A stretch of DNA of 64,000 bases from Candidatus Moraniibacteriota bacterium (GCA_027008775.1 JALVDV010000001.1:3889-67888), one strand, 5' to 3'; shown: positions 39,146 to 49,400, counted from the first letter of the stretch. Notes: generated from the letters alone by a model not told the origin. Numbers and translations are program-made.

Positions 39146-39159
39146 AACCGCACGATAGC

Positions 39160-40893
39160 ATGAAGAAAAAATGGTCATTGAAAAACAGCCGAAAAATTAG
39201 CGAAAGAATTTTCCCAGAATTGGAGAGGGCTACAGAGAAATTGCTCGTAAAAAAGGGAATAAATAACCGACAAAAGCAACAAGAATTTCTTTATCCCGAT
39301 TATGAGCGCGATCTTCACAATCCTCGTTTGCTCGGCGATATGGATAAAGCTGTCCGGCGTATTCTACAGGCCCGTAAACGCAAAGAGAAAGTTTGCATTT
39401 TTGGCGACTATGATGTTGACGGCATCACTTCCGCCAGCATCTTGTTTGATTTTTTTCAGCAAATCGGACTGGAGAGTTTTGTTTATTTGCCGGACCGCAA
39501 CAAAGAGGGTTATGGTCTTAATAAGCAAGCTATTGATTATATCAAACAAAAGGGGGCCAGTCTGATCATTACCGTTGATTCCGGTATAACCAGCTTGGAC
39601 GAGGTAAAATACGCGCAGAAAAAAGGTTTGGAAACTATCATAACAGACCACCATTTGCCTCTGGAAAAAATACCTTCAGCTCTGGCTGTTATTAATCCCA
39701 AAAAGAAAAAAGATCCTTATCCGGAAAAAATGCTGGCCGGCGTTGGTGTTGCTTTTAAGTTGATTCAGGCTCTGGCTACTGAAATAAAAGACTATAATCA
39801 AGAACAATTAAAATGGTTGTTGGACTTAGTGGCGTTAGGCAGTGTGGCCGACTGCGTGCCCCTACTCGGGGAAAATCGCACCCTTACCAAATTCGGTTTA
39901 ATAGTTTTGGCTAAGACCAGACGGACAGGCCTGAAACAACTTTTTCAAGTGGGAAGAATAAATATCGGCGCAGACAACCTACCCACTGGCGAACAGATCA
40001 GTTACCAAATCGCGCCCCGGTTGAACGCCGCCGGCCGAATGGATCATGCCAGCCTGGCCTATGAATTATTGAAATGTTCGGCAAAAGAAAGCGCGCGCGC
40101 TCGCCTGTTGGCTTTGGAAATTGAAGAACAGAATCAACAGCGACAGAAAACCACCAGCGCTATCATCAAAGAAATTGAAAATAAGCTTGATAAAAATAAT
40201 TTACCAGCGGTTATCATTGACAGCTCGCCTCATTGGTCATTAGGCGTTGTCGGCCTGGTAGCCGGTCGCTTGGCGGAAAAATATCACCGACCGGTTATTC
40301 TTTTCCAAGAACAAAATGAATACCTCAAAGGCTCCTGTCGTTCCGTCTCCGGTTTTAACCTGGTGGAAAATCTAAAACAATTAGCTCATCTGTTGGAAAA
40401 ATTCGGAGGTCACGCCCAAGCAGCCGGCCTGACGATCCTCAGGGAGAATTTACCGACTTTTCGTCAAAAATTCGCTAAAATAGTCAGTCAAGCCAACCTT
40501 TCTTTAACGGAAAAAGAAGTAATTATTGATGAAGAGTTAGCTCTTTCCGAAATAAACGAAAAGCTTCTGAAAGAGTTGTCGCTTTTTGAACCGTTTGGCA
40601 TCGGCAACGAAAAACCTCTCTTTCTTTCCCACAAAGTTAAAATTGAGCAAATCAAATATTTAGGAAAACAAGAACAACATTTAAAAATTTGGGTTAGTCA
40701 AAATAATAAGCAGCAACAAATTCTACCTTTAATTATGTTTAATTTTTCCGAACAGCTACCTAGCCAAGAAATCAACAGCTTAAAGCCGGGAGAGAAAATT
40801 GACATTGTCTATGCTTTGCAAAAGAACTTTTGGAATGGACAAGTAAGCATTGAAGGGCAGTTAGTTGATTTGCGTAAAGCGAATAATAAGTGA
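39160..40893 (+). CDS. recJ: Single-stranded-DNA-specific exonuclease RecJ
   Basis: DHH motifs (IFGDYDVDGITSASIL; ITDHH) and DHHA1 domain. First ATG at 39160. Confidence 0.9.
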   Translation: MKKKWSLKNSRKISERIFPELERATEKLLVKKGINNRQKQQEFLYPDYERDLHNPRLLGDMDKAVRRILQARKRKEKVCIFGDYDVDGITSASILFDFFQQIGLESFVYLPDRNKEGYGLNKQAIDYIKQKGASLIITVDSGITSLDEVKYAQKKGLETIITDHHLPLEKIPSALAVINPKKKKDPYPEKMLAGVGVAFKLIQALATEIKDYNQEQLKWLLDLVALGSVADCVPLLGENRTLTKFGLIVLAKTRRTGLKQLFQVGRINIGADNLPTGEQISYQIAPRLNAAGRMDHASLAYELLKCSAKESARARLLALEIEEQNQQRQKTTSAIIKEIENKLDKNNLPAVIIDSSPHWSLGVVGLVAGRLAEKYHRPVILFQEQNEYLKGSCRSVSGFNLVENLKQLAHLLEKFGGHAQAAGLTILRENLPTFRQKFAKIVSQANLSLTEKEVIIDEELALSEINEKLLKELSLFEPFGIGNEKPLFLSHKVKIEQIKYLGKQEQHLKIWVSQNNKQQQILPLIMFNFSEQLPSQEINSLKPGEKIDIVYALQKNFWNGQVSIEGQLVDLRKANNK

Positions 40894-41019
40894 GTTATCA
40901 ACAGTTTTTTGTTTGACAAAAATTTTTTTCCGAGTACACTAAAGGGTGTTAAAATATCTAGTGGGGGAAACATTAGTCAAACCACTAGATATTGTGTTTT
41001 ATAGCTAAAAATTGTTAAA

Positions 41020-41460
41020 ATGCTTTGTCCCTACTGCGACTATCCGGAAACAAAAGTTTTGGATTCTCGCAAATTGCAAAATGGTCGGGTCATCAGACGG
41101 CGTCGGGAGTGCCTGCATTGCCGGCAACGTTTTTCCACCAAAGAAAGCATTCAAATTCTCCAGCTGACCGTTATTAAGAGAAACGGGGACAAAGAAGAGT
41201 ATCGTCCGGAAAAAATAAAACAAAGTTTATCCATTGCCACTAACAAAAGACTGAAAAAACATCAGTTGGATGATCTAATCAGGAAGGTGGAGGGAGAGAT
41301 TTTTGCTAAGGGCAAAAAACAAATTGAAAGTAAAAAAATTGGCGAAATTATTTTGCGTCGTTTGCAAAAAATGGATGAGGTCTCCTATCTGCGCTACGCT
41401 TCGGTTTTTAAATCTTTCGGTAGTGGACGCCGATTTGTCAAAGAGGTTGGCAAAATCTGA
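41020..41460 (+). CDS. nrdR: Transcriptional repressor NrdR
   Basis: Zn ribbon MLCPYCDYPETKVLDSR...CLHCRQRFST plus ATP-cone. Confidence 0.93.
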   Translation: MLCPYCDYPETKVLDSRKLQNGRVIRRRRECLHCRQRFSTKESIQILQLTVIKRNGDKEEYRPEKIKQSLSIATNKRLKKHQLDDLIRKVEGEIFAKGKKQIESKKIGEIILRRLQKMDEVSYLRYASVFKSFGSGRRFVKEVGKI

Positions 41461-43595
41461 TGATTGACGATTTCTTAAATAAACAAAAGGTAAAAAATAA
41501 AGTTTTTACACAAACAAAAATGAAAAAAGACAACCCAAAGAAAAGACAGCGAGTGATTAGTAAACACAAAAACATCACTAAACGCAACGGGGATGTAGTC
41601 CCTTTTCGTCAGGGAAAAATCACCGAAGCGGTTTACAAAGCCTTCAAAGAAACGGGAGAGGGCGGCATCAAAGAAGCCCGTCGGGTTTCTCAAAGAGTTG
41701 TTCGCTTGCTCAATCAGAATTTTAAAAACGAATTGCCCAGCGTGGAAGAAATCCAAGATCGGGTGGAAAAAGCTCTGATTAAGATGGGATTTGCCGAGAC
41801 AGCCAAAGCCTATATTCTTTACCGAGAAAACCGCCGCAAAATCAGAGACACGGAAGCCTCCTTGAAAGACGCTGTCGCTTTGGTGAACAACTATCTTAGC
41901 GAGGCCGACTGGCAAGTTAAAGAAAATTCCAATATGGCCTATTCTTTGCAAGGTCTCAACAATTACATTTCCTCCATCGTCAGCGGCAAATATTGGATGG
42001 ATCAAGTTTATAATAAAAAAATAAAAAGAGCTCACGAAGAGGGCGATCTTCATATTCATGATTTGGATAAAATCTCCGCCTACTGTTGCGGTTGGGACTT
42101 GCAAGATCTTCTAACTCGCGGTTTCACCGGTGTCCCCGGCAAAATTTCCTGCGCTCCACCCAAACATTTTAAAACCGCCTTGGGACAAATAGTTAACTTT
42201 TTCTACACCACCCAGGGGGAAGCGGCCGGCGCCCAAGCTTTTTCCAATTTTGACACTTTGTTGGCTCCCTTTATCGCCTACGACAAACTGAACTACAAAG
42301 AAGTTAAACAGGCTATGCAGGAATTTATCTACAATCTCAACGTTCCCACCCGTGTCGGCTTTCAAACTCCCTTTACTAACTTGACCATGGATTTACAGGT
42401 GCCAAAGAACTATCGCGAGCAAAACGTTATTGTCGGCGGAGAAGTTAAATCCAAAAAATACAAAGATTTCCAAAAGGAAATGAATATGTTAAACAAAGCA
42501 TTTTTGGAGGTTATGAGCGAAGGTGACGCCAGTGGACGAGTTTTCACTTTTCCCATTCCCACTTACAACATAGACAAAGATTTTAATTGGGACGACAAGG
42601 AGTTAGATCCCCTTTGGGAAATGACTGCCAAATACGGCATTCCTTATTTTGCCAACTTCGTTAACTCCGATATGAATCCCGATGATGCCCGCAGTATGTG
42701 TTGTCGGCTTAGATTGGATAACCGTGAACTTCACAAGCGAATGGGGGGATTGTTTGGCGCCGCCCCTTTGACCGGCTCCATCGGTGTAGTAACTATTAAC
42801 CTACCTCGCATCGGTTATCTGGCCCGTAACAAAAAAGATTATTTTCAAAGACTGGATAAGTTAATGGACATAGCCAAGGAAAGTTTGGAAATCAAAAGAG
42901 AAGTAGTGGAAAATCTTACTCGCAAAGGACTTTATCCCTACTCTCGTTTCTATATGGATACCATCTTCAAAAAAAGAGGCGCCTACTGGGCTAATCATTT
43001 CTCCACTATCGGCCTAATCGGTATGAATGAAAGTATCCTGAACTTTATGGGAGAAACCACCGCCAGCAAAAAAGGTGTAGCTTTTGCCGAGGAAGTTTTG
43101 GAACATATGCGTGACAAAATGATTGAATACCAAGAAGAAACCGGCAATCTTTATAATCTGGAAGCCACTCCCGGAGAAGGAACTTCCTATCGTCTGGCCC
43201 TCAAAGATCAAAAACGCTTTCCTCGCATTGTTTTTGCCAATCAAGAAGCAGTGGAAAAAGAAGGAGCCGCCCCTTATTACACCAATTCCTCCCAATTACC
43301 GGTCGGTTTCACCGATGATATTTTTGAAGCCTTGGATTTACAAGACAATTTGCAAACAAAATACACTGGGGGAACGGTTTTGCACGGTTTTTTGGGAGAA
43401 AGAATCAACGATCCGCAAATTGCCAAAGAACTGGTTAAAAAAATTACCACCAACTATCGCCTGCCTTACTTCACCCTGACCCCCACCTTCAGTATTTGTC
43501 CCATCCATGGCTACTTAGAGGGAGAGCACAAGGTTTGCCCCAAATGTGTAGCCGAAGCGGAACGAGTTAAACCGCAAAAAATTACCATAGAATGA
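41460..43595 (+). CDS. nrdD: Anaerobic ribonucleoside-triphosphate reductase (class III) large/catalytic part, ending right after the Zn site without a glycyl-radical loop
   Basis: N-terminal ATP-cone (KRNGDVVPFRQGKITEAV), SMCCRLRLD core, C-terminal CPIHGYLEGEHKVCPKC Zn site, then a stop 14 aa later. Confidence 0.85.
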   Translation: MIDDFLNKQKVKNKVFTQTKMKKDNPKKRQRVISKHKNITKRNGDVVPFRQGKITEAVYKAFKETGEGGIKEARRVSQRVVRLLNQNFKNELPSVEEIQDRVEKALIKMGFAETAKAYILYRENRRKIRDTEASLKDAVALVNNYLSEADWQVKENSNMAYSLQGLNNYISSIVSGKYWMDQVYNKKIKRAHEEGDLHIHDLDKISAYCCGWDLQDLLTRGFTGVPGKISCAPPKHFKTALGQIVNFFYTTQGEAAGAQAFSNFDTLLAPFIAYDKLNYKEVKQAMQEFIYNLNVPTRVGFQTPFTNLTMDLQVPKNYREQNVIVGGEVKSKKYKDFQKEMNMLNKAFLEVMSEGDASGRVFTFPIPTYNIDKDFNWDDKELDPLWEMTAKYGIPYFANFVNSDMNPDDARSMCCRLRLDNRELHKRMGGLFGAAPLTGSIGVVTINLPRIGYLARNKKDYFQRLDKLMDIAKESLEIKREVVENLTRKGLYPYSRFYMDTIFKKRGAYWANHFSTIGLIGMNESILNFMGETTASKKGVAFAEEVLEHMRDKMIEYQEETGNLYNLEATPGEGTSYRLALKDQKRFPRIVFANQEAVEKEGAAPYYTNSSQLPVGFTDDIFEALDLQDNLQTKYTGGTVLHGFLGERINDPQIAKELVKKITTNYRLPYFTLTPTFSICPIHGYLEGEHKVCPKCVAEAERVKPQKITIE

Positions 43596-43667
43596 TTTCT
43601 AAGGGAAATCGCCTTTTCTCAAACAAGAAATAAAATTTAAAAAAATAATAATTAAAAACAAAAAAAA

Positions 43668-43949
43668 ATGAAAACCAAACAAAAAATTGTTTGTCACGAC
43701 TGCGGACGAGAATTGAAAGAAGGAGAAGAAGCGGTTATTTACAATTTGGAGGAAAAGGGGACTTTCTACAAATGCGCTGACTGTTACGCTAAAAATGAAA
43801 ATCTGACCAACTTTCAACCTTGTGAAGTCTACTCTCGCATTGTCGGCTACATTCGCCCCATAGATCAATGGAATGAAGGTAAACGAGCCGAATACGCCGA
43901 TCGCCAAGAATTTGTCGCCAATGTTGAAGGTTGTCGCACCGGTTGTTAA
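43668..43949 (+). CDS. Stand-alone NrdD C-terminal module: Zn ribbon plus glycyl-radical motif
   Basis: CHDCG...CADCY (C-x2-C-x23-C-x2-C), then glycyl-radical-type SRIVGYIRP and NrdD-tail-like WNEGKRAEYADRQEF. Own ATG 72 nt after the nrdD stop. Confidence 0.65.
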   Translation: MKTKQKIVCHDCGRELKEGEEAVIYNLEEKGTFYKCADCYAKNENLTNFQPCEVYSRIVGYIRPIDQWNEGKRAEYADRQEFVANVEGCRTGC

Positions 43950-43987
43950 AAAGAATTAGGCACCAGATATATTTTCCCATAACAAAA

Positions 43988-44008
43988 GACGGCTAAGCCG
44001 TTTTTTGT
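43988..44008 (+). terminator. Rho-independent terminator after the nrdD locus
   Basis: acggc-taa-gccg-tttttt. Confidence 0.55.
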
Positions 44009-44108
44009 TGCATTAAAGCTGTCTCGCAAAAAAATAAGAATTTGTCTATTTCTTCCTAAAGTGTTAGAATGTAGAAGCTTAAGTTTAAAAAATAAAAAAA
44101 CAAAAACC

Positions 44109-45431
44109 ATGAATGATTTCCTAAAAAAAATTTCTCTTCCCTTTATTTTTTTATTAACCCTGTCTCTTTTTCTTGTCGCTTCACCAAATAACAAAACTGT
44201 CCTGGCCGTTAGTGTTGGCGAGAAAGAAGCAGTGCAAAAATTTATTAAAGAAAACAGCAAAGACCTTTTTAATTTACCATCTGACAAAGTTAAAATAAAA
44301 GACATCCAAGATGATAATGGTCTCCTAAAAGTCACCTTGGATTTAAACGGCGAAGAGCAAACATTCTATCTAACCAAGTCCCTGAAAATTGTTTCTCAGT
44401 TTATTGATTTGGCCAAAATCAGCAAGGGTAAGCTAAAACAAATCGGTCAAAGCAATGGTCAAAAACAAATAACTATCAACGAAGAAACCAAAAAACAAAT
44501 CAAAAACTTTATTGAAAAATATTTACTCTCTCAAAAAGTTCCCGTAGAAATAAAAAGCGTCACCGTCAAAGATGGTCTTTATTATTTAGACATTTCTTTA
44601 GCCGGACAATCTCAGCCGTTATATCTTAGTCTCAACGGACGCAAGTTGGCCTTTGGTGTCATTACTCTGGATGAATACAAAAAAATTGTAGCCGCCAATA
44701 AAAAACAAACAGCGGTCAGTCCCGAAAAAAAGACCGACAGACCGAAGGTTGAACTGTTTGTTATGAGTTACTGTCCCTACGGCACTCAAATAGAAAAGGG
44801 AATTTTGCCGGTCTTAGATTTACTCAAGGGGAAAATAGACGCCCAAATTAAATTTGTTGATTACGCTATGCATGGCAAAAAGGAGCTAGATGAAAATCTT
44901 AGACAGCACTGCTTGCAGAAACAATCCCCGGAAAAATTCACCGACTATCTGAAGTGTTTTTTGGAAGAGGGTAATGCTAAAAAGTGTTTAGCGGAAATTA
45001 AACTAAATGAAAAAGATAAAACTCCCACTTCCTGGTTCCAAAAAGTAATTAATTGGTTTAAATCTCTTTTCCATCTTGGTAAATCGGAAAATGGACAAGC
45101 CGAATTGGAGCAATGTATCCGGGAGACTGACAAACAATTTACCGTCAGCAAAGATTACAATGACAAAAGCACTTGGAACGGACGTTTTCCCGGTTTTAAA
45201 ATAGATCGAGAGGATAATAAAAAGTATAACGTTCAGGGTTCACCCACCTTAATTATCAACGGCGAAAGAATAACCACCGGTCGCGATCCTCAAAGCCTCC
45301 TTAAAGCTATTTGTAGCGGCTTTAAAAATCCTCCCAAAGAATGTCAAACTAAACTTTCCAATCAAACTCCCAGTCCCGGCTTTGGTAATCAAGCCGCCAC
45401 TGCCGGCAGTGGCGGAGGTTGCGGACAGTAA
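44109..45431 (+). CDS. Secreted thioredoxin-fold (DsbA-like) thiol-disulfide oxidoreductase with two N-terminal repeated domains
   Basis: Signal peptide (ISLPFIFLLTLSLFLVASP), internal ~60-aa duplication, CPYG active site (VMSYCPYGTQ), GSPTLIING motif. Confidence 0.55.
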   Translation: MNDFLKKISLPFIFLLTLSLFLVASPNNKTVLAVSVGEKEAVQKFIKENSKDLFNLPSDKVKIKDIQDDNGLLKVTLDLNGEEQTFYLTKSLKIVSQFIDLAKISKGKLKQIGQSNGQKQITINEETKKQIKNFIEKYLLSQKVPVEIKSVTVKDGLYYLDISLAGQSQPLYLSLNGRKLAFGVITLDEYKKIVAANKKQTAVSPEKKTDRPKVELFVMSYCPYGTQIEKGILPVLDLLKGKIDAQIKFVDYAMHGKKELDENLRQHCLQKQSPEKFTDYLKCFLEEGNAKKCLAEIKLNEKDKTPTSWFQKVINWFKSLFHLGKSENGQAELEQCIRETDKQFTVSKDYNDKSTWNGRFPGFKIDREDNKKYNVQGSPTLIINGERITTGRDPQSLLKAICSGFKNPPKECQTKLSNQTPSPGFGNQAATAGSGGGCGQ

Positions 45432-45494
45432 CTCTTAGGAGTATTTCGACAAGATAAAAACCTCGGTTTTGTAACCGAGGTTTTTATGTAAAAA

Positions 45495-46424
45495 TTATGA
45501 TTTTGCTTTCATCGCCCACTCAATAATCCGCCACCGCTTAGCCAAATCTCTATGAGCGACAATCTCCGCTTTCGGAAATGTCTTTGCGATTTCTCCTGTC
45601 AGGTTATCTTTTTGCTCCGGAGAAATTTCCCAAAAACAATAAATATTTCTTTTTCTCAACCAACCACTTTGTTCTCCGGCTTTTAGTTGCTTTAAAAGAC
45701 GACGATAATGATCCAAACCGTCCCGACCGGATAAAAGAGCTGATCTTGGTTCATATTTTTTCACCTTGGGAGCAGTGTTGTGATAAACAACTTCGCTCAA
45801 ATAGGGCAAATTGGCTAGCAAAAAAATGTTCGCTGAAGTTTTTGCTAAAATCGCCTCCAAAGGCTTTAGCAAATCTCCTTTTAAAAAATCCACCTCGGAA
45901 ACACCTAAGAGCGAAGCGTTTTTTCTGGCCATAGCCAAAGCTACCGGAGAAATATCGGTGGCCAAAAATTTTATATTATTCTCGGAACAAGAAATTCCTT
46001 GTTTTTTCAACATTTTAGCCAAAGAAATAACAATGTTCCCGGAACCGGTGCCAATATCCACTACTAGTAAATCTCTGAGCTGACGTAAAATTTTCTCACC
46101 CGCCAATTCTATCAAAATTTCCGTTTCCGGCCGGGGAATCAAAGTGCTTTCATCAACTTTAAAACGCTCGCCATAAAAATATCTTTCACCCATAATATAA
46201 TCCAAAGGTTTGCCCGCTAACAACTCCGACAACATTCTCTCCAAAGTGACAATCTCTTCTTTTTTCAGTAAGAGATTGTTACTTAAGACGATTTCTTCCG
46301 CCGATTTCCCTAAAACAAATTCCAACAACAAATCAAGTTCCCTGGCTTCTTTCAATTTTGGCAACCATCTTTTCTTAAACTCGCCAATTCTCATAAATCC
46401 GAAAAACTTTATTACCATCATCAA
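45495..46424 (-). CDS. prmC: Release-factor glutamine methyltransferase PrmC/HemK
   Basis: PLDYIMGERYFYGERFKV...LIPRPETE, SAM motif VVDIGTGSGN, NLPY (NPPY-like). Confidence 0.82.
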   Translation of the reverse strand: MMMVIKFFGFMRIGEFKKRWLPKLKEARELDLLLEFVLGKSAEEIVLSNNLLLKKEEIVTLERMLSELLAGKPLDYIMGERYFYGERFKVDESTLIPRPETEILIELAGEKILRQLRDLLVVDIGTGSGNIVISLAKMLKKQGISCSENNIKFLATDISPVALAMARKNASLLGVSEVDFLKGDLLKPLEAILAKTSANIFLLANLPYLSEVVYHNTAPKVKKYEPRSALLSGRDGLDHYRRLLKQLKAGEQSGWLRKRNIYCFWEISPEQKDNLTGEIAKTFPKAEIVAHRDLAKRWRIIEWAMKAKS

Positions 46425-46516
46425 ACTAGCACCGTTTTCCCAAAAAATAAAGAGCTTCTTTACAGTTCAACCGGGCTGGTCTATAATCAAGACAACAATT
46501 ATCTTAAAAATAAAAA

Positions 46517-47602
46517 ATGAAGACAAAATATTTTCTAATCATTTTATTACTTGTCAGTCTTTCTTTTTCCGGCTGCAGTCCGAAAAAAAGCAAAAAAGTC
46601 TCAGGCAATGGTGGCGTTTACAAATCAATAGACGCTGGACACACTTTTGTTCCCATCAATAAAATCAATGCCGAAAAGAACATCTCCCGCTTTTCCGTTT
46701 TGGATATTGCCGTTGACAAAAATGACGCCAACCTTGTTTATATCGGCACGGATAAGAATGGTATTTATAAATCAAGTAATGGCGGAGAATCTTGGGCTAA
46801 GAGCCAAAATGGTTTTAGTCGCGTCTATCAGATAGAGCTGCATCCCTACAATAAAAACGTCATCTATATTATTGCCGATGACCAAAAGGGAGAAAGAGCT
46901 CTTTTCAAAACGGAAGATGGCGGTATCAACTGGCAAAGGCTTCTCACCCAAAGAAACAACCTGGTGCCTAAGATTTCCGCTCTGATCTTGGATGAGAATA
47001 ACCCGGAAATAGTTTATGCCGGAGACTCCACCGGCGGAGTTTACAAGTCAGTCAACGGGGGCAAAGAATGGCAAACACTGGCCTGGGCTAAGCAACCGAT
47101 TAGGTTCATCTTGGTGGATAAAAAAGATAACAATATTATTTATTACATCACCGGCGCCAACCAAGTTTTTGTTTCTACCAACCAAGGAAAAACTTTTAAC
47201 AATTCCAACCGAATGGCCAAAACAAGTTTCGGCGCAATTTATTACGCCACTGTCAGTCCGCAAGAAAAAGGAGTTCTCTACATTCTCTCCCGGCAAGGTT
47301 TGAAAGTCAGCAAGGATGCCGGTCAAAAATATGAATTGGTCAATACGCTCCTGCCCCCCGGAAAAACAACTGCTGATTACATTACCATTGACCCGCGCAA
47401 TCCCAACACCATTTACATCTTGGCCGGCAAAGTCCTCTACAAATCTCTCAATCGGGGGAAGGACTGGGAAGTCATTCCCTTGAAAATCAAGTGGTCTGTC
47501 GGCTCTTTTGTAGTCAGTGCAAGCAATCCGCAAATCATCTATATGGGCTTGGCCCATCCCATTGAAAAGGGTAGTTGGGGAAAGTTTTTGTTACCCTTCT
47601 AA
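46517..47602 (+). CDS. Lipoprotein with BNR/Asp-box repeats (beta-propeller, Ycf48/sialidase-like)
   Basis: Lipobox LSFSGC; repeated S-x-D/N-x-G-x-x-W motifs (SIDAGHTF, SNGGESW, TEDGGINW, VNGGKEW, NRGKDW). Confidence 0.6.
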   Translation: MKTKYFLIILLLVSLSFSGCSPKKSKKVSGNGGVYKSIDAGHTFVPINKINAEKNISRFSVLDIAVDKNDANLVYIGTDKNGIYKSSNGGESWAKSQNGFSRVYQIELHPYNKNVIYIIADDQKGERALFKTEDGGINWQRLLTQRNNLVPKISALILDENNPEIVYAGDSTGGVYKSVNGGKEWQTLAWAKQPIRFILVDKKDNNIIYYITGANQVFVSTNQGKTFNNSNRMAKTSFGAIYYATVSPQEKGVLYILSRQGLKVSKDAGQKYELVNTLLPPGKTTADYITIDPRNPNTIYILAGKVLYKSLNRGKDWEVIPLKIKWSVGSFVVSASNPQIIYMGLAHPIEKGSWGKFLLPF

Positions 47603-47668
47603 GCGGATACCTTCTTGACCTGGGCAACGATTTGTCTAATATTTATTTAAAATATTTAAGTAAAAAAT

Positions 47669-48211
47669 ATGCAAGAACTTGAAAAAAAATTGTCGGAAGT
47701 CATTGAAAAATTCCAAAACGAATTGAAAAACATTCGCACCGGACGCGCCAATCCAAAAGTGGTGGAAGATTTAATCATTGAATATTTTGGCGCGCCCACA
47801 CCCTTAAAACAGGCGGCCAATATTTCCGCTATTGATGCTCGCACTATCGTAATTTCTCCCTGGAGTAAGGATTCGTTGGTGGATATTGAGAAAGCAATCA
47901 ATGAGTCCGATTTGGGAATTACTCCGATTAACGACGGGGAGGTTATTCGCTTGACTTTTCCCGCTCTTACGGAAGAAAGACGCAAGGAAATAGCCAAACT
48001 TGTCGGACAAAAAGCGGAGGAAGCTCGCATAAAGATCAGACAAATTAGAGAGAAATATAAAGAAAGTATAGAAAAAGAGGAAAAAGAAGGTAAAATCGGC
48101 GAAGACGAAAAAATCAGACAAGAAAAAGAATTACAGAAAATCATTGACAAATATAATCAAAAAGTGGAAGAAATCCAGAAAGAAAAAGAAGAGGAAATAA
48201 TGACAGTCTAA
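47669..48211 (+). CDS. frr: Ribosome recycling factor
   Basis: Full-length RRF signature (LKNIRTGRANP...ITPINDGEVIRL). Confidence 0.95.
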   Translation: MQELEKKLSEVIEKFQNELKNIRTGRANPKVVEDLIIEYFGAPTPLKQAANISAIDARTIVISPWSKDSLVDIEKAINESDLGITPINDGEVIRLTFPALTEERRKEIAKLVGQKAEEARIKIRQIREKYKESIEKEEKEGKIGEDEKIRQEKELQKIIDKYNQKVEEIQKEKEEEIMTV

Positions 48212-48248
48212 CTGTCCAGTCTAATAAAAGATTATCTAGCTATAAAGA

Positions 48249-49400
48249 ATGACCATAGTTATATTTTTTTTGGTTTTAGGGATTCTGGTCCTGGCCCACG
48301 AATTGGGCCATTTTCTGGTAGCCAAAAGAAACGGGGTGGAAGTGGAAGAATTTGGTTTTGGCTTTCCTCCTCGTCTAGTTGGTACTTATAAGGACAAAAA
48401 AGGACAACGACGTTGGCTCTTCGGTAATAAAAAAATTAGTGAAGAAATTAAAAACAAAGAAGAAACCATTTATTCTATCAACCTTTTACCTTTTGGCGGG
48501 TTTGTAAAAATCACCGGCGAAAATGGGGAAGAGGAAACCAAGAATGACCCGCGCAGTTTCAGTAATCAACCCCTGTGGGTTAGGTTTAAAATCCTGGTAG
48601 CCGGAGTATTGATGAATTTTCTCCTGGCTATTGTTTTCTTCAGTCTTTCTTTCTGGTTGGGGGTCCCCAAGTTTATTACCGACAACAACGAACATCTTAA
48701 CTTTCCCGTTACAGTCATTATGGTTTCCCCCAAAAGCCCGGCCGCTCAAGCCGGTTTCCAAATCGGTGATAAAATCCTTGCTGTCATCAGCCCCAGTGGG
48801 GAAGAAATAAAGATAAAAAAAATAGAAGATTTTGTTAATTTCTCCAAAAAACATCGTGGTCAAACCGTCAAAGTAAAAGTCAAACACCCTCAGCAACAAG
48901 AAATTAAAACTTTAACAGTTAAAGAGGACAATCCCACTGATGAAGAAACGGGCGCAATCGGTGTAGCTTTGGCCAAAACCAAACTGATTCGTTACAACCC
49001 TTGGGAATCTCTCAAACTTGGTTTTCAGGAGACTGTCAGTATGACCGTCCTGATCCTGGTCTTCTTGGGCAAACTAATTGCCAGCCCTTTTACTCATCAA
49101 CATTTGGCCGGGGACATTACCGGCCCTATCGGTATTGCCAAAATGACCGGTCAAGCTGCCCGGGTGGGACTGTCTTTTCTGCTTCGCTTTGTTGCTATGC
49201 TCTCCGTTAACTTGGCTGTTATCAATCTCTTGCCTTTCCCCGGCTTGGATGGCGGAAGAATTCTTTTTCTGCTAATAGAAAAAATCAAAGGCAGCCCCCT
49301 CAATCAAAAACTGGAAGGGCGAATCAACACCATCGGTTTCATTATTTTACTTATCTTGATGATTGCCGTAATCATCAAAGATATCCATACTTTTTTCTGA
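48249..49400 (+). CDS. rseP: RIP zinc metalloprotease RseP (site-2 protease) with PDZ domain
   Basis: HELGH motif, PDZ, NLAVINLLPFPGLDGG. Confidence 0.9.
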   Translation: MTIVIFFLVLGILVLAHELGHFLVAKRNGVEVEEFGFGFPPRLVGTYKDKKGQRRWLFGNKKISEEIKNKEETIYSINLLPFGGFVKITGENGEEETKNDPRSFSNQPLWVRFKILVAGVLMNFLLAIVFFSLSFWLGVPKFITDNNEHLNFPVTVIMVSPKSPAAQAGFQIGDKILAVISPSGEEIKIKKIEDFVNFSKKHRGQTVKVKVKHPQQQEIKTLTVKEDNPTDEETGAIGVALAKTKLIRYNPWESLKLGFQETVSMTVLILVFLGKLIASPFTHQHLAGDITGPIGIAKMTGQAARVGLSFLLRFVAMLSVNLAVINLLPFPGLDGGRILFLLIEKIKGSPLNQKLEGRINTIGFIILLILMIAVIIKDIHTFF

